Shown piece after piece: positions 20,939 to 32,084 of a stretch of DNA of 64,000 nt. Under the pieces are notes generated by a model. The model was not told the origin of the DNA. It worked only from the letters and a program-made list of their open reading frames with translations, and made no database searches. This DNA comes from a virus: the IMG/VR virus record IMGVR_UViG_3300032331_002826, positions 10,204-74,203 of that record. One strand, given 5' to 3'. Each line of letters starts with the position of its first letter. Positions within the stretch are counted from its first letter, which is position 1. Both the position numbers and the translations under genes were made by a program.

Positions 20939-23290
20939 TCACACGTCCCATTTAATCAAAAAATTTAGAGGGTATTCACCGCTGTTCTTCACCGGAGATG
21001 AAAGTTTAGCCACAGCAACCAAGTCTGTACCCGAATACAAACCAATTGTAGTAACATACGGTGCCAAATAAGATCCAGTCACATCAAGCGAGGAACTATA
21101 TCCATATTCAGAAAATACACTCTTTTGAGTAGGAACCCCATCAGTATTAGCATATTTGGATGTCAATGTAGTCAAATATGCAACGCCATCAGATAGTGTC
21201 TTTCTAGTAGAAAATGGATTGATTAATCTCTGATAACTATCTGTATCAAGCCCCGCCACAAAGTATTTCCAAAGTATTTTGGCATCATTGATCGTAATTT
21301 TTCCATCGCCATCAAAATCGAATTTCGATTCAAGAGAACGTAGAACGGAGATATACTGTTGATACTCAACCTTCAAAGTGAATCTACCGTAATCATATCT
21401 ATTTTTGTAATACTCAAACAAACTTCTCTCAGTTTGAGTTTCAATTACATATTCGTCCCAAAAAGTATCGTCAGTAGCAAAGTTTGGACTTCCAGGTGTA
21501 TTGATATCCACGATGTACAAAAGAATCAAATTGATGTCTCTGAATGTAAATTCTCCGCTTCCGTGTAAATCAAAGATAGGATCTACAAGATCCAATGCAG
21601 TATAGTTTGTACTTACATTGAACTCGCCAGGACTAACCGTACAGATTATTGATTTTTCATTTAACGTATAATATCCACGATAGTTCAAGTCATACTTGAA
21701 CTCTTGAGTATCATTCGTTTTTAACATGTTAGTAAATTGAGATCCCGTGTTAGAAAACACAATCTCGCCATTTCTATAAAACACATTACCAGCGTGATAA
21801 TCAGTTCTAATAGAATCAAGTGAAGAAATGTATACGTGACCTTTTACGTTAACCAAATCTGATTGTTGAATAGGAAGAGTAAAAGTGTTACTAGAGGTTG
21901 CGTCAGTCAATATAAACGGCGCACCCATCAATATGGCTTTCTCACTAATAGCAACATCATATCCATATGTCAAATACGGATATCTATACTGTTTTTTCTT
22001 GTTGTCGTAAGTTACCGTATTAACTAAAGATCCGGATCTCTCAAAATACACGAATTGACCAAGGACCACGGGAAAATCATCATATGATTCATTCAACGAA
22101 GACGAGATACTAGATGTAGTATATCCATAACTGGAAGAAATACATCCAGCAATAATCTTTCCGTCATATACACCAACCGAACACCCTAGTTGATTTCCTT
22201 TGATCGAATTTTCATCTCCAATATATTTTTCTTCGAGATCCCAATAGGATTCTGAAATATCGTTGTAAACACTAGAAGTTGTGTTTGTTGTAAATGTGTA
22301 ATCAGATGGACAATCTGTTCTTCCGTAAATGTACACAGCACCCTTTGAATATTGTGTTGACGATCCAGAATATTCGTAGTACGAAGAATCAAGAGGAGCA
22401 CCAATTACAATTGTCCGACCATCAATCGATATGCTTTTTCCAAATTGGTCGTAGGGATTTTTGACATAATTGTATGATTCAAACTGATCAAATGGTACAT
22501 TTTTTGAGCCTGTAATTGATGAAAATACATGCGTTTTGTTCCACCCACCAGATGAACTTTCATAGAGATATACATTTGGATTCTCCAAAGAAGAACTTTC
22601 TGCAATCAATATGTTATTCGTCCCAGAATGATCAATTTTTACTTGGGAACCAAAAAACTTACCAGCGGTATCTCCAAGAATATGTTGTACCAGAGAATAA
22701 GAAAATACCGATCCAGTTGTATAACTGTAAATGTAAATTCCTCCCTCTTGAGATCCACCTTCCTCATTTGCACCTACTACAATGTACTTGTTATTAACAG
22801 AAACCGATGTACCGAAAGAATTTTTTGACGTTGATATAGGAGAATTGATCTTGCGAACCGAATACATGGTCTGTCCTAGCGTGGATGACACAGAAGAGGT
22901 TTCATTCAGAACATACACATCTACAAGACTCTTGTGAGAATATGGATTTCCATCATAACTTCCTGAGAAAAATGGATCGCCGACAATGAAAATGTTGTTG
23001 TGTAAAGCAAATGACAAACCATATGAATCCGCAACCACCGTTGCACTGCTTCCCGCTGTTCCTGCCGTTCCATTTCCCGACGTTCCACTCGATCCATTTG
23101 CTTTGATCGATTGTGATGTTCCGTAATAAGAATATGCTCCTTTAGACGCATCATAACGATACACATCAATACTACCAGATCCGTGTTGATTCTGATATTG
23201 TCTATTTGGATTACCTACCGCAGCAAACTTTCCGTGAGCTTCTACCTTGTACCCAAATAGTGTATTTGATCCTATAGTTCCTGTGGGCAT
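20939..23290 (-). CDS. Tail/baseplate protein with an FG-GAP-like beta-propeller and an EF-hand/dockerin-like insert
   Basis: FG.S.SI.....IGAP repeats; DFDGDGKITINDA; C-terminal IGLY...LVAVAKLS.P. Confidence 0.75.
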   Translation of the reverse strand: MPTGTIGSNTLFGYKVEAHGKFAAVGNPNRQYQNQHGSGSIDVYRYDASKGAYSYYGTSQSIKANGSSGTSGNGTAGTAGSSATVVADSYGLSFALHNNIFIVGDPFFSGSYDGNPYSHKSLVDVYVLNETSSVSSTLGQTMYSVRKINSPISTSKNSFGTSVSVNNKYIVVGANEEGGSQEGGIYIYSYTTGSVFSYSLVQHILGDTAGKFFGSQVKIDHSGTNNILIAESSSLENPNVYLYESSSGGWNKTHVFSSITGSKNVPFDQFESYNYVKNPYDQFGKSISIDGRTIVIGAPLDSSYYEYSGSSTQYSKGAVYIYGRTDCPSDYTFTTNTTSSVYNDISESYWDLEEKYIGDENSIKGNQLGCSVGVYDGKIIAGCISSSYGYTTSSISSSLNESYDDFPVVLGQFVYFERSGSLVNTVTYDNKKKQYRYPYLTYGYDVAISEKAILMGAPFILTDATSSNTFTLPIQQSDLVNVKGHVYISSLDSIRTDYHAGNVFYRNGEIVFSNTGSQFTNMLKTNDTQEFKYDLNYRGYYTLNEKSIICTVSPGEFNVSTNYTALDLVDPIFDLHGSGEFTFRDINLILLYIVDINTPGSPNFATDDTFWDEYVIETQTERSLFEYYKNRYDYGRFTLKVEYQQYISVLRSLESKFDFDGDGKITINDAKILWKYFVAGLDTDSYQRLINPFSTRKTLSDGVAYLTTLTSKYANTDGVPTQKSVFSEYGYSSSLDVTGSYLAPYVTTIGLYSGTDLVAVAKLSSPVKNSGEYPLNFLIKWDV

Positions 23291-23293
23291 AGT

Positions 23294-23782
23294 TTATAAC
23301 GATGAAGTAATTTCTGTGTAGTTTATGAAATGGGTTCCTTCAACTTGAAGGTTTCCATATGCATCATCAACAATGGTATAAGGTTTGTCTTTGGAGAAGT
23401 CGTCGATTTGAACAGAATCAGGTTGAATCTTTTCTCCAAAATATGTTCTTGGAACTATGATTCTTACAAGCGACGGTTGCAAAATCTTGATAACCTTATC
23501 AATATCAAGTGTTTCCAAACCAAATGCTTTAACCACGTCATTTACATAATATGCGTTCTTTACGACGTTATATACAAGTCGTTTGTATGAACCATCAGCG
23601 TTTTGTGGTTCAACTGGAAACCCATAGGTATAACTCGACGCAGAATCGTAAAAGTTGAAACTGCTGCTTACAAAATAGCCCTCTTCAACCGTTTGAACCG
23701 ATGAACTTGAACTTAATGTCCAAGATTTATTTGATAGAAACGGTGTGTTGAAGATCTCATCCGATTGGATAGGCTTGATCAT
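23294..23782 (-). CDS. Putative baseplate/tail protein
   Basis: In the structural operon; FGEKIQPDS and DDAYGNL motifs. Confidence 0.6.
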   Translation of the reverse strand: MIKPIQSDEIFNTPFLSNKSWTLSSSSSVQTVEEGYFVSSSFNFYDSASSYTYGFPVEPQNADGSYKRLVYNVVKNAYYVNDVVKAFGLETLDIDKVIKILQPSLVRIIVPRTYFGEKIQPDSVQIDDFSKDKPYTIVDDAYGNLQVEGTHFINYTEITSSL

Positions 23783-23786
23783 TGAA

Positions 23787-25073
23787 TTAGAAGTCTAGTC
23801 GTACTTTGACCAACAATTCGTTAGTGAAGGTCTTTTGTGCCGGATTGCTCAATTTGGCCACAGCAACCAACTCATTGTTGCTGTTGTAAAGTCCGACACT
23901 GGTTGGATACACCTTAGGTTCCGTCAAAAAGTCAGTCTGAATGATATCACCTTTTTGATGGAAATTTCCACTTGTATCGGTTGTAGCCGTCTGATATGAG
24001 AATGTAGGATTGTTTGTATAATTAAACTCTCTGTTTTTTACACGTACAAAATAGTGACGAGATGGAACATATTCAGATCTGCGAATTCTCAACTTTTCTC
24101 CAGCAACACAGTCAGTAGAAATTAGCATTTGGTATACCGCTGTTTTTATATTATTATTTTTATTGATTAAAGCGTCGGCGGTAGGATCATATGCTCTATA
24201 ATTTCCGGAACCGGCACCTACTGCATCTGATAGTATGGGAATCGCAATCCCTACAGGCCCACTATTAGAAATCACACTCAAAAAATCAACATTGAATATA
24301 ACCACACCCGATTTTGGATAAAATAGTCCGATTCCGCCAGAGTAAGATCCTACTGCCGGATAATACTGAGCTTGAGACGATGTTCCTACGTAGTGTTGTG
24401 CAGATGTCAATCCGCCGTTCGTTGTTCCCGGACCGGATGCACTTGAAGACCAATATGTAGCTGTTCCATTTGAATCATATTCACCCAATACCAAATTGTA
24501 TACATCAGATGATCCGCTTTGTGGAGTCAAGGTGGAATCATCAATGATTCTCCAAAGTTTAGGTGTACCTCCGGATCCACTAGTTTGAAGAGTCAACTGA
24601 AATTGACCCGCGTCAAGAGTATCTTTGGTTTTTTGCGAATTGAAAGATAGGGCAACAAAATCTGTACTCAGCGATACAGAAGATACAGTTCCATTTACAG
24701 AAGATTGAGATTTAACCGAAAAAGACTGTCCTCCGTTCAATTCGTTTACATACTGTCTCCAAACTGCCTGAGTAGGATGAACTTGAACATTTGTATATTC
24801 ATCTGCACTGGTACCATATCCATTTACGTTTCCATATGCGATGCTGAAAATTTGATCAGCGGAAGTAGTGTCGGCTGAATCTGGAAACACATCCAAATAG
24901 TAATATCCATTATAGATGTCGAATCTATTTGATCCTGATATTGTCTCTTGGGTACTGCTAGATACAAACGAACTTTGCAACGTAGTCAATGCGCCGTCAG
25001 CAAAGAATCCGGTAGATACCTTTGTTGCTCTTCCCGATACAATGTCGGCCTGTTCAAATGCTTTGTAAATCAT
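23787..25073 (-). CDS. Putative baseplate/tail-fibre attachment protein
   Basis: C-terminal EFNYTNNP...VGLYNSNNELVAVAKLSNP is paralogous to the 783-aa protein. Confidence 0.65.
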   Translation of the reverse strand: MIYKAFEQADIVSGRATKVSTGFFADGALTTLQSSFVSSSTQETISGSNRFDIYNGYYYLDVFPDSADTTSADQIFSIAYGNVNGYGTSADEYTNVQVHPTQAVWRQYVNELNGGQSFSVKSQSSVNGTVSSVSLSTDFVALSFNSQKTKDTLDAGQFQLTLQTSGSGGTPKLWRIIDDSTLTPQSGSSDVYNLVLGEYDSNGTATYWSSSASGPGTTNGGLTSAQHYVGTSSQAQYYPAVGSYSGGIGLFYPKSGVVIFNVDFLSVISNSGPVGIAIPILSDAVGAGSGNYRAYDPTADALINKNNNIKTAVYQMLISTDCVAGEKLRIRRSEYVPSRHYFVRVKNREFNYTNNPTFSYQTATTDTSGNFHQKGDIIQTDFLTEPKVYPTSVGLYNSNNELVAVAKLSNPAQKTFTNELLVKVRLDF

Positions 25074-25077
25074 ACGT

Positions 25078-25710
25078 TTAAGAAATTCTTACTGTGATTG
25101 GGATAGTGATAGATCCGCCGCTTTCATTTCCTACAATTGTCAATGAAGTAGAAGTTGTCACAGTTAGTGATGCGTTTGGAACAAATCTGAATCTATTTAC
25201 TACAACCACCTGTGAAGTGGTAGAAATCAAATCTCCTGCAAATGATGGAACTGTGCTGTTAGAGCTGTTCACTGCATTTGCCTGATCAACAATCAAAGTT
25301 CCAACCTTTTTGTTACCCAAAATAGCGGTATATCCAAGAGTTAGATTGTAAGCTGGATTTGTGGTTGGAGAAATAATGAAATCTGACTTGTTGTCTTTTT
25401 GAGTGTCAATAGAAGACAACGAAAGACTAATGACAGGAATAGAAGTGATTCCTTGAGCCAAGGTAATCAATTTGTATTTCAATGACTGTGTTTCATCGGA
25501 GAGAGGTTGAAACACCGGAGTATTACGAATGGAGATATCGTAATATGCACTTCCCTGTGGGTGGTTTGGATTGTAAAGTGAGTAATCCACCTCGTCGTCT
25601 GCCAACGCAAATGAAGTGATATTCAAGTTCCCCGTTTGAGCGAGAAGTTCACGACCTCTCTTTGTCAGAACCGCGTCAACGGTAATAGTCTTGTTGTCAA
25701 TATATGCCAT
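25078..25710 (-). CDS. Putative baseplate/tail structural protein
   Basis: LTKRGRELLA...ITSFALADDEVDY resembles tail-fibre collar N-termini. Confidence 0.6.
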   Translation of the reverse strand: MAYIDNKTITVDAVLTKRGRELLAQTGNLNITSFALADDEVDYSLYNPNHPQGSAYYDISIRNTPVFQPLSDETQSLKYKLITLAQGITSIPVISLSLSSIDTQKDNKSDFIISPTTNPAYNLTLGYTAILGNKKVGTLIVDQANAVNSSNSTVPSFAGDLISTTSQVVVVNRFRFVPNASLTVTTSTSLTIVGNESGGSITIPITVRIS

Positions 25711-25760
25711 AAGTCTTGTCTATAAGTATTGGTTTAGAACTCTTTTTTCTTTATTTTTTG

Positions 25761-28700
25761 TTAACGTACCGTCAAAACACCATTGTTGTTTGTAACGATA
25801 GAAGTGTTGGTCACAATAGTGCTTACAATCGGACTTGTTTTATCTGGATCTCCACAGTGATCCACCGTGTAATCGCTGGTCTGACCATTTCTCTTGAACA
25901 CACCATAATGAGTGCCGTCTCCCGACAAAATTTTCACCGAATCAGATGTAAATACATTGTTTCTATGACCCAAATAGTTTTTTGTACAGCCAGGGTTAGG
26001 CGTTCCAATAGAAGCGTATGTTGAATATGCACTTATTGGCGTAGCAATGATCTTTTGAAAAGTTTTATAGTAATGATGAACTTGATCGTCAACATCATAT
26101 GATTCAACCGATGCGCTATATGGTATGCTCCAAATATAGTATGGAAGTGAACGTGTATTGTTGATATAATTTTGCGATGGATCAGTTACTTTAAAATCCA
26201 AATATGTAATGTACAATCCAGAGCCATTGTTTTCTCCACACAAAATCAACTCTTGATCGGTACTAACATCTGAAATGTAATTTCCACCAAAATTGTTGTT
26301 TAGACCAATTGTGTCAGAATATGGGTTTGCCTGAATTCCAGGTTTATCCACAAACTTGTCAAGGGTTCCTACGACATCAGGATTGTAATACTGATCATTA
26401 CGCCAAATGGATATGTTCTCTGCGTCGTTGGTATTTACTATATCAGAATAAGTGACATCGGTTTCTACCAATTCCATATTGATTGGTTTCAACGGAAACT
26501 TGGTTCTCTCCAAAATCGTTGGTTCAATCAAAATACCTGTCAACAATTTGTTTCTGGCAGCAATAACATTTCGGATAGATTCGAAAATGCTAGAATCAAA
26601 ATAGACTTTGTATATCGTTGTAAACTCTTGATAAAGCAATCGTCCTGTACTTGGAGGATCTCCTGCTTCATAGTATGTACTTCTATACAAATCAAGTGGA
26701 GAATAACTTTGAGAAAATTCTAGTCTTGGATCTCCCAATTCGTTGATGATTGTCTTATCACCAAAAAATTGAAGTATGTCTGCATTTTTGCTAGACACGG
26801 GCGATGCAAACACACCTACCAAATTGGAATCCACGTTTTTATTGTATGGTGTGGATTTTTGAAATGGAGTTATAGATGTAACATCAGATTTTTCTTTTAC
26901 TGAAATCTTGTTGTTCCACAATAGATTTGGCCCGTAGTTAGAAATTCTGTACGCTTGATTTACCGTGTATTCCAAGAAATTGTATGGGAACTGTGAAGGA
27001 ACTTCTCCCAAACAAAGACTTGAATATGGATACAACGAACTTGTATCATAGGTTCCACCATATGTTTTACGAGCCTCTATTGTATCTTGATAAAGGTAAG
27101 GATTATCCGTGACTGCATTATTCGTTATACTAGAATCGGTTGACACCGATTGTATATTGTACAAATGTGCAGTTCCGCTCGAGCCGTATGTGAACGATTC
27201 ATCGACGGTGTTCAGTGGTCTTGGATAATCATATGCCAATCGGAAGAACAAATTGTTTCTTATGTTGGCGTAGTCATCTTGATAATATGAATCAAAATTG
27301 TTAGTATGTTCGACGAAATTATCATCGGACAATGGAATTGTCCATACATTGATTTTGTCAATTGATCCACTAAACTGATTTGATCCGAACTTCAAATAAG
27401 AGTCTACATCATCGGCAAAAAGATCATTCTGATCCGAACCGAACAATCCAGATGTTTTAGAATGTAGACGTGATTGTCCTTCCTCAGTAATATCAACTAG
27501 AAGATCGTATTGAGTTGGAACTAGGTTTTCGTCAATGTTTGATGTGTATAGTGAAGATGGAGTATTTTTTCTGATCATCACGCTGTACACACTACCGTCA
27601 AACAAAGGCAACATTTTCGATGAGATGTACTGATCTCCTATTTGGAAAATGATTTTACCGTTGTTGTTTAACGACTGTTTATACGCGTAAACTCGATAAT
27701 CCAAACTTGACGTATGTGAATATTTCTCAAGCAGATTGATCTCAGCTTGGAGATTATACGATTTGCTGTATAGGTTACTAAACGCAATTTTGAACTCTAC
27801 TGTATTAACTGACGATGTGTATGGCATCGTGATATATGAACTTTGATTCATACTCAATAGATGCAATGTTTTATCGAAGGTGTAGAGAGATTGAGACACA
27901 TCAGAGTAAGATCCAAACTCTCTTACAGTCAAAATGTTTTCTGGTACACCGTAACATGAAAGAATTAGCTTGACCGATTCAATTGTTCCTTTTGATTTCA
28001 ATATCGCAGGAAGCGTATTCAAAATACGATTATTGATTATGTTAGCTTTATCTGATATTGACGATACGGCGGTGGAGTTAATGTAGTTAGCAGACAATGT
28101 TGTATCATTAACCAAAGACTGCATGTTCCAACCAAACGATGACAACATACCATCAAGAATGTTGTTTGGAATAAGTTTTTCCAATCCACCCGAATTGTAA
28201 GTCAATAGAGGGAACTTATCAATGTACACATAAATGTTGTCGAAATGATGTCCAATCATTGACAAAAAAATCAAAAACTCGTCGTTAGCTGAATCAACAA
28301 GAATATATTCAGGCAAATTGTTGATCAAACTGTCTCTGTTGTTTGAATCGTATTCCCCCGCTTCATCTTCATATGATTTTGGAAATATTTCGAGGTTATT
28401 GTAAAAGTCATTGGTGTACAAGTAATACTCATATCCATCAAATGACAACAAGATATCATTAATTTCAGATTGAAGACTATTGGATTTACTAACCGTGTAT
28501 ACGTCTGAGTATGACACGGAATCTATTTGAGCTTTTGCTGCAAGCTTAGAATTCAAGGAATTAAGCTTGTTCTTGTAAATTGTAATACGCGTCTTTGCAG
28601 ATGAGTACACAACAAAATTTTCAAACTTAGTATAATCAACATTGATTGTTGAAAATCTCTTTTTCAATACCACATCGACACTTGATGAATCATCGATATC

Positions 28701-30008
28701 ACTTGTGTCGTTTAGATTAACAGTAGAAGATGTTCTTTTATCATTAACCTTAAGATTGAAATTTGCGTTTTTGATGTTGAACGTATTGTATGTAGGCAAC
28801 GACTCCAATACGACATCCTGTACCACCGGCGCAAGTGATGTATTTGTTATCCAAAATGTGTTATTTACACCAAATGTGTTTGGTAACTGATTTTGAAGTT
28901 TGATAACCAAACTTCCATCGGAAAATTTCTTACTTGATAGGATCTTGAAAAATGTATTGTCGCCAAAATTGATCGAATTTTTCAACGGACCAACGTATTT
29001 GGTGGAGTAATCATAATTCACCGCATTCAGGTATCCCTGAATTTGACTGTTGAAAACACTGAACAAATACGTGTTGCAAACTTCGCTGTCGGTGTTTTGA
29101 ATGTCGTGAATAGACTTCAATCGAAGATTAATGGTCTCCGATACAATTGACTCCAATATTTTAGAATATTCTTCGTAGCTAAAACAATTATTGTAGTTTT
29201 CATACAACATCAACATGATGTGTGATGAAATACCAATGAAAGTTTGGTTTTTAGAAACACCATTTTCAGAACTTGCAACCAATTGATATCCATTAAAAAT
29301 ACCATTGAAAAGTTCATACAAAGCATCAGATCCCGTAACAGAATATCCTTTGCTGAACGACTGTTTTACGTTATCCGGAATGACGTTTACAAAATTAAGG
29401 ATGTACGTTTGTTTTAGATATGACTCGAAATCTGGCAGAATATCTCTAGACTCAATTTTTCCACTGACAAAGCAATCAAACTCACTTTGAAGGTTTGCTT
29501 TATCTACATTGGTGAAATTCTCTTTATCAAGCAATAGCGTTGCTTTTATTTCTCTTCTCGATGGTGATACTTGTTTAATGAGAAAGCATTGCTTGTCATA
29601 TGATCCAACAATGTTGGATTGGAAATTGTACACCAATCTATAACTTCCGCCGGATAGACCTAAATTTTGAAGGTCCGTTTTTGGATCCAACAAAATCTTA
29701 CTGTTTTCATACAACGTGAAACTAGGAACAAATTCACGATACGTAACCGTGTTCGTATTATTTTTAGAGTCCTGATATTGAACTTGACGATCTTTATATG
29801 TTGGTAGTTGTACAATTGGAACCCACTTGTTCAAATTGTCTTGACTGTCAAATATGGATAATTCAATGTAGTCGTCTTCCTGCGATCCAAAAAACTTCTC
29901 GGACGAAACCGGAGTCTTCTTCATCAACGATGAAATATCCGTTGGAAGATACGAAGCATAATTAACACGGTTCGTGTAATTTGTTACCGTTGGAAATGGA
30001 ATTGCCAT
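25761..30008 (-). CDS. Large baseplate wedge protein (gp7/P2 gpI-like segment)
   Basis: LPAILKSKGTIESVKLILSCYG; position in the baseplate cluster. Confidence 0.65.
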   Translation of the reverse strand: MAIPFPTVTNYTNRVNYASYLPTDISSLMKKTPVSSEKFFGSQEDDYIELSIFDSQDNLNKWVPIVQLPTYKDRQVQYQDSKNNTNTVTYREFVPSFTLYENSKILLDPKTDLQNLGLSGGSYRLVYNFQSNIVGSYDKQCFLIKQVSPSRREIKATLLLDKENFTNVDKANLQSEFDCFVSGKIESRDILPDFESYLKQTYILNFVNVIPDNVKQSFSKGYSVTGSDALYELFNGIFNGYQLVASSENGVSKNQTFIGISSHIMLMLYENYNNCFSYEEYSKILESIVSETINLRLKSIHDIQNTDSEVCNTYLFSVFNSQIQGYLNAVNYDYSTKYVGPLKNSINFGDNTFFKILSSKKFSDGSLVIKLQNQLPNTFGVNNTFWITNTSLAPVVQDVVLESLPTYNTFNIKNANFNLKVNDKRTSSTVNLNDTSDIDDSSSVDVVLKKRFSTINVDYTKFENFVVYSSAKTRITIYKNKLNSLNSKLAAKAQIDSVSYSDVYTVSKSNSLQSEINDILLSFDGYEYYLYTNDFYNNLEIFPKSYEDEAGEYDSNNRDSLINNLPEYILVDSANDEFLIFLSMIGHHFDNIYVYIDKFPLLTYNSGGLEKLIPNNILDGMLSSFGWNMQSLVNDTTLSANYINSTAVSSISDKANIINNRILNTLPAILKSKGTIESVKLILSCYGVPENILTVREFGSYSDVSQSLYTFDKTLHLLSMNQSSYITMPYTSSVNTVEFKIAFSNLYSKSYNLQAEINLLEKYSHTSSLDYRVYAYKQSLNNNGKIIFQIGDQYISSKMLPLFDGSVYSVMIRKNTPSSLYTSNIDENLVPTQYDLLVDITEEGQSRLHSKTSGLFGSDQNDLFADDVDSYLKFGSNQFSGSIDKINVWTIPLSDDNFVEHTNNFDSYYQDDYANIRNNLFFRLAYDYPRPLNTVDESFTYGSSGTAHLYNIQSVSTDSSITNNAVTDNPYLYQDTIEARKTYGGTYDTSSLYPYSSLCLGEVPSQFPYNFLEYTVNQAYRISNYGPNLLWNNKISVKEKSDVTSITPFQKSTPYNKNVDSNLVGVFASPVSSKNADILQFFGDKTIINELGDPRLEFSQSYSPLDLYRSTYYEAGDPPSTGRLLYQEFTTIYKVYFDSSIFESIRNVIAARNKLLTGILIEPTILERTKFPLKPINMELVETDVTYSDIVNTNDAENISIWRNDQYYNPDVVGTLDKFVDKPGIQANPYSDTIGLNNNFGGNYISDVSTDQELILCGENNGSGLYITYLDFKVTDPSQNYINNTRSLPYYIWSIPYSASVESYDVDDQVHHYYKTFQKIIATPISAYSTYASIGTPNPGCTKNYLGHRNNVFTSDSVKILSGDGTHYGVFKRNGQTSDYTVDHCGDPDKTSPIVSTIVTNTSIVTNNNGVLTVR

Positions 30009-30011
30009 ATG

Positions 30012-32084
30012 TTAAAATTTCTTTGCGAGGAACGATTGATTTCTGTTTATTGCATTGTGTCCGATGATATTCGTACCCATCACATATCTTTGGTTATCAA
30101 CATTCATGTGCATATATTGATCATCACGTAGATAATTAACGCTATTGACCTTTACATTTGTTCCTTCTGTGGTTTTAACAAAGTCTCCTGCCTTGATATC
30201 TGTAACTTTGACCCATTGGTCATTTCCCAGATACCATTTATGGGAATGGTCAACATCAAACACTTGTCCGTCAATGTCCACTCTATAAATAGGTGCCACA
30301 TCAATATAAGCGACGTTAACTCTATTCCAAACGCCAGGAACCGAGTCTCTTAAATGCATTCCTACCGTTATATGTCTCGCTTCTACTACTCCCAGTTCTT
30401 TAGTTTCCATCAATTGCCATACAGCAGGACACCCACCTCCGCCTTCACCCGTTGTGGTTGGAACAGAAGAAACAGGACATTTCAACTGGTATAGTTCAAA
30501 TGAGTAACTGCCCTCACCACCTTTTGAATCGAATATGTCAACGATTGCGGTGTAATCGTTGGATACACTTGGTTGTTGTGAAAGGGTAACACTTGAACGC
30601 CCTTGCAATATCTTCAATGTCAATTGAGGGTTAATTTGATCCAACCCATCATTAAAGAACAGAGATTTCTTTTGAATGTCGCCGTGATTTTTTTCATTAC
30701 TATACGAAGCTGACTGGCCTTTTATTGTGATTTTCAACGTATGATCAATATTTCCTACGAAACTATAAACCTTGGTAGGCACAGGATTATCACATCCTTG
30801 TTTAGGTGAAACAGTCGGTGAAACCGGTTGTGCAGCATACGATGTCATTGACAAATTACCACTACACTCTTGATAGTCTTTAGCGTTATAAGCCATTCTC
30901 GAATTCCATACAACTCGTCCATTATAAATGATGGAAGCAGCGACGGAATGTGGACCACCCCAATTTTTATAGAATAGATTGACGTTCTTCCAACCAGCTG
31001 TGAGAGTTTTGGTCGTAGCATGATCACCCAAATATGCCTCTACTTGACTTGCATATGGAGAAGAACTATTTATGTCAGACAAATCAATCAGTTTAACACC
31101 ATCCATGTCGATGTATCCAGCATTATCAGCAGAGAACTTAATAGTGTAACTTCCATCTGTTGGAATGTATACCTGATACGGGAGGGTATCTGAGGTTTCC
31201 CGTTCATACGTTTCAGATACCTTTTCACTATACACGCCGTAGGTATTAATCATTGGACTAGTCTGTAGACCAAGACTTTCCCACACGCCTTTATACTTTC
31301 CATACTTGTAAAACAGTTCTTTACAAGAGGTCTGTGGCGCAGCTACAGCAGCAACAGCCATTTGATGTATTGGTAATTGAACGGGAGCCGGAGGAGGAGT
31401 AACAATAGTTATCGGAGTAGGAAAAACTGGAACCGGACCTTTAATAACAAGATCGGTTGGTGGTATAATTTGAAGATCTTGTTGTACGGGACAAATATCT
31501 CCCTGTACTAATGTCTGTGTCACTGATGTTCCCACTTTTGCGGTAGAAGACATGGACGTATCTGATGTTGACTGATTTACATTAGTTGAAGATGATGTTG
31601 TCTGCGTCGATGGTGTTGTCTGTTGAGTGGGCGACGAATTGATTCCTGATGAATCTGATGCTTTTGCAGCAGCAGAGAATAGAGGGAGATATGGAAATGC
31701 AGTATTAAAATCAGACGGAATAGATCCTTCTCCTGCTTTTATTCTTAGAGATACAATAACATTTCTACTAGCATTGATAAGAGTATCTTTTTCAGACGGA
31801 TTTACAGATTGTAAACGTGTAGTTAAATCTGAAATTTGTTTTTGAAGATTTGTCTTTTCAGATTCAAGCGATGCCACTTTTTGGTTCGGTGCAGATGATA
31901 CTTCTTTAAACTCCTCTATCTCAATGTTGTACACCGATGACAACGACTGTTGTTCATACACTTCTGGATTTAAAATAACCGAAAGATATTTGTCTGAACC
32001 TTCAACTATTATCAAGTTGCCAAATTCATCAAACTCATTCGTATATTCACCTGTACTTGTAAAATTGCTTTGGGTGGCATTCAT
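30012..32084 (-). CDS. Tail-associated protein with a PA14-like domain and a C-terminal Hint domain
   Basis: YTIKFSADNAGYIDMDG..L...KNWGGP (PA14-like); GGGG-CPA...HKW...GHN (Hint). Confidence 0.7.
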   Translation of the reverse strand: MNATQSNFTSTGEYTNEFDEFGNLIIVEGSDKYLSVILNPEVYEQQSLSSVYNIEIEEFKEVSSAPNQKVASLESEKTNLQKQISDLTTRLQSVNPSEKDTLINASRNVIVSLRIKAGEGSIPSDFNTAFPYLPLFSAAAKASDSSGINSSPTQQTTPSTQTTSSSTNVNQSTSDTSMSSTAKVGTSVTQTLVQGDICPVQQDLQIIPPTDLVIKGPVPVFPTPITIVTPPPAPVQLPIHQMAVAAVAAPQTSCKELFYKYGKYKGVWESLGLQTSPMINTYGVYSEKVSETYERETSDTLPYQVYIPTDGSYTIKFSADNAGYIDMDGVKLIDLSDINSSSPYASQVEAYLGDHATTKTLTAGWKNVNLFYKNWGGPHSVAASIIYNGRVVWNSRMAYNAKDYQECSGNLSMTSYAAQPVSPTVSPKQGCDNPVPTKVYSFVGNIDHTLKITIKGQSASYSNEKNHGDIQKKSLFFNDGLDQINPQLTLKILQGRSSVTLSQQPSVSNDYTAIVDIFDSKGGEGSYSFELYQLKCPVSSVPTTTGEGGGGCPAVWQLMETKELGVVEARHITVGMHLRDSVPGVWNRVNVAYIDVAPIYRVDIDGQVFDVDHSHKWYLGNDQWVKVTDIKAGDFVKTTEGTNVKVNSVNYLRDDQYMHMNVDNQRYVMGTNIIGHNAINRNQSFLAKKF

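Noticed and set aside
30054-30431. A true mobile intein
   Set aside because: There is no endonuclease domain, the +1 residue is Ala, and the domain sits at the C-terminus
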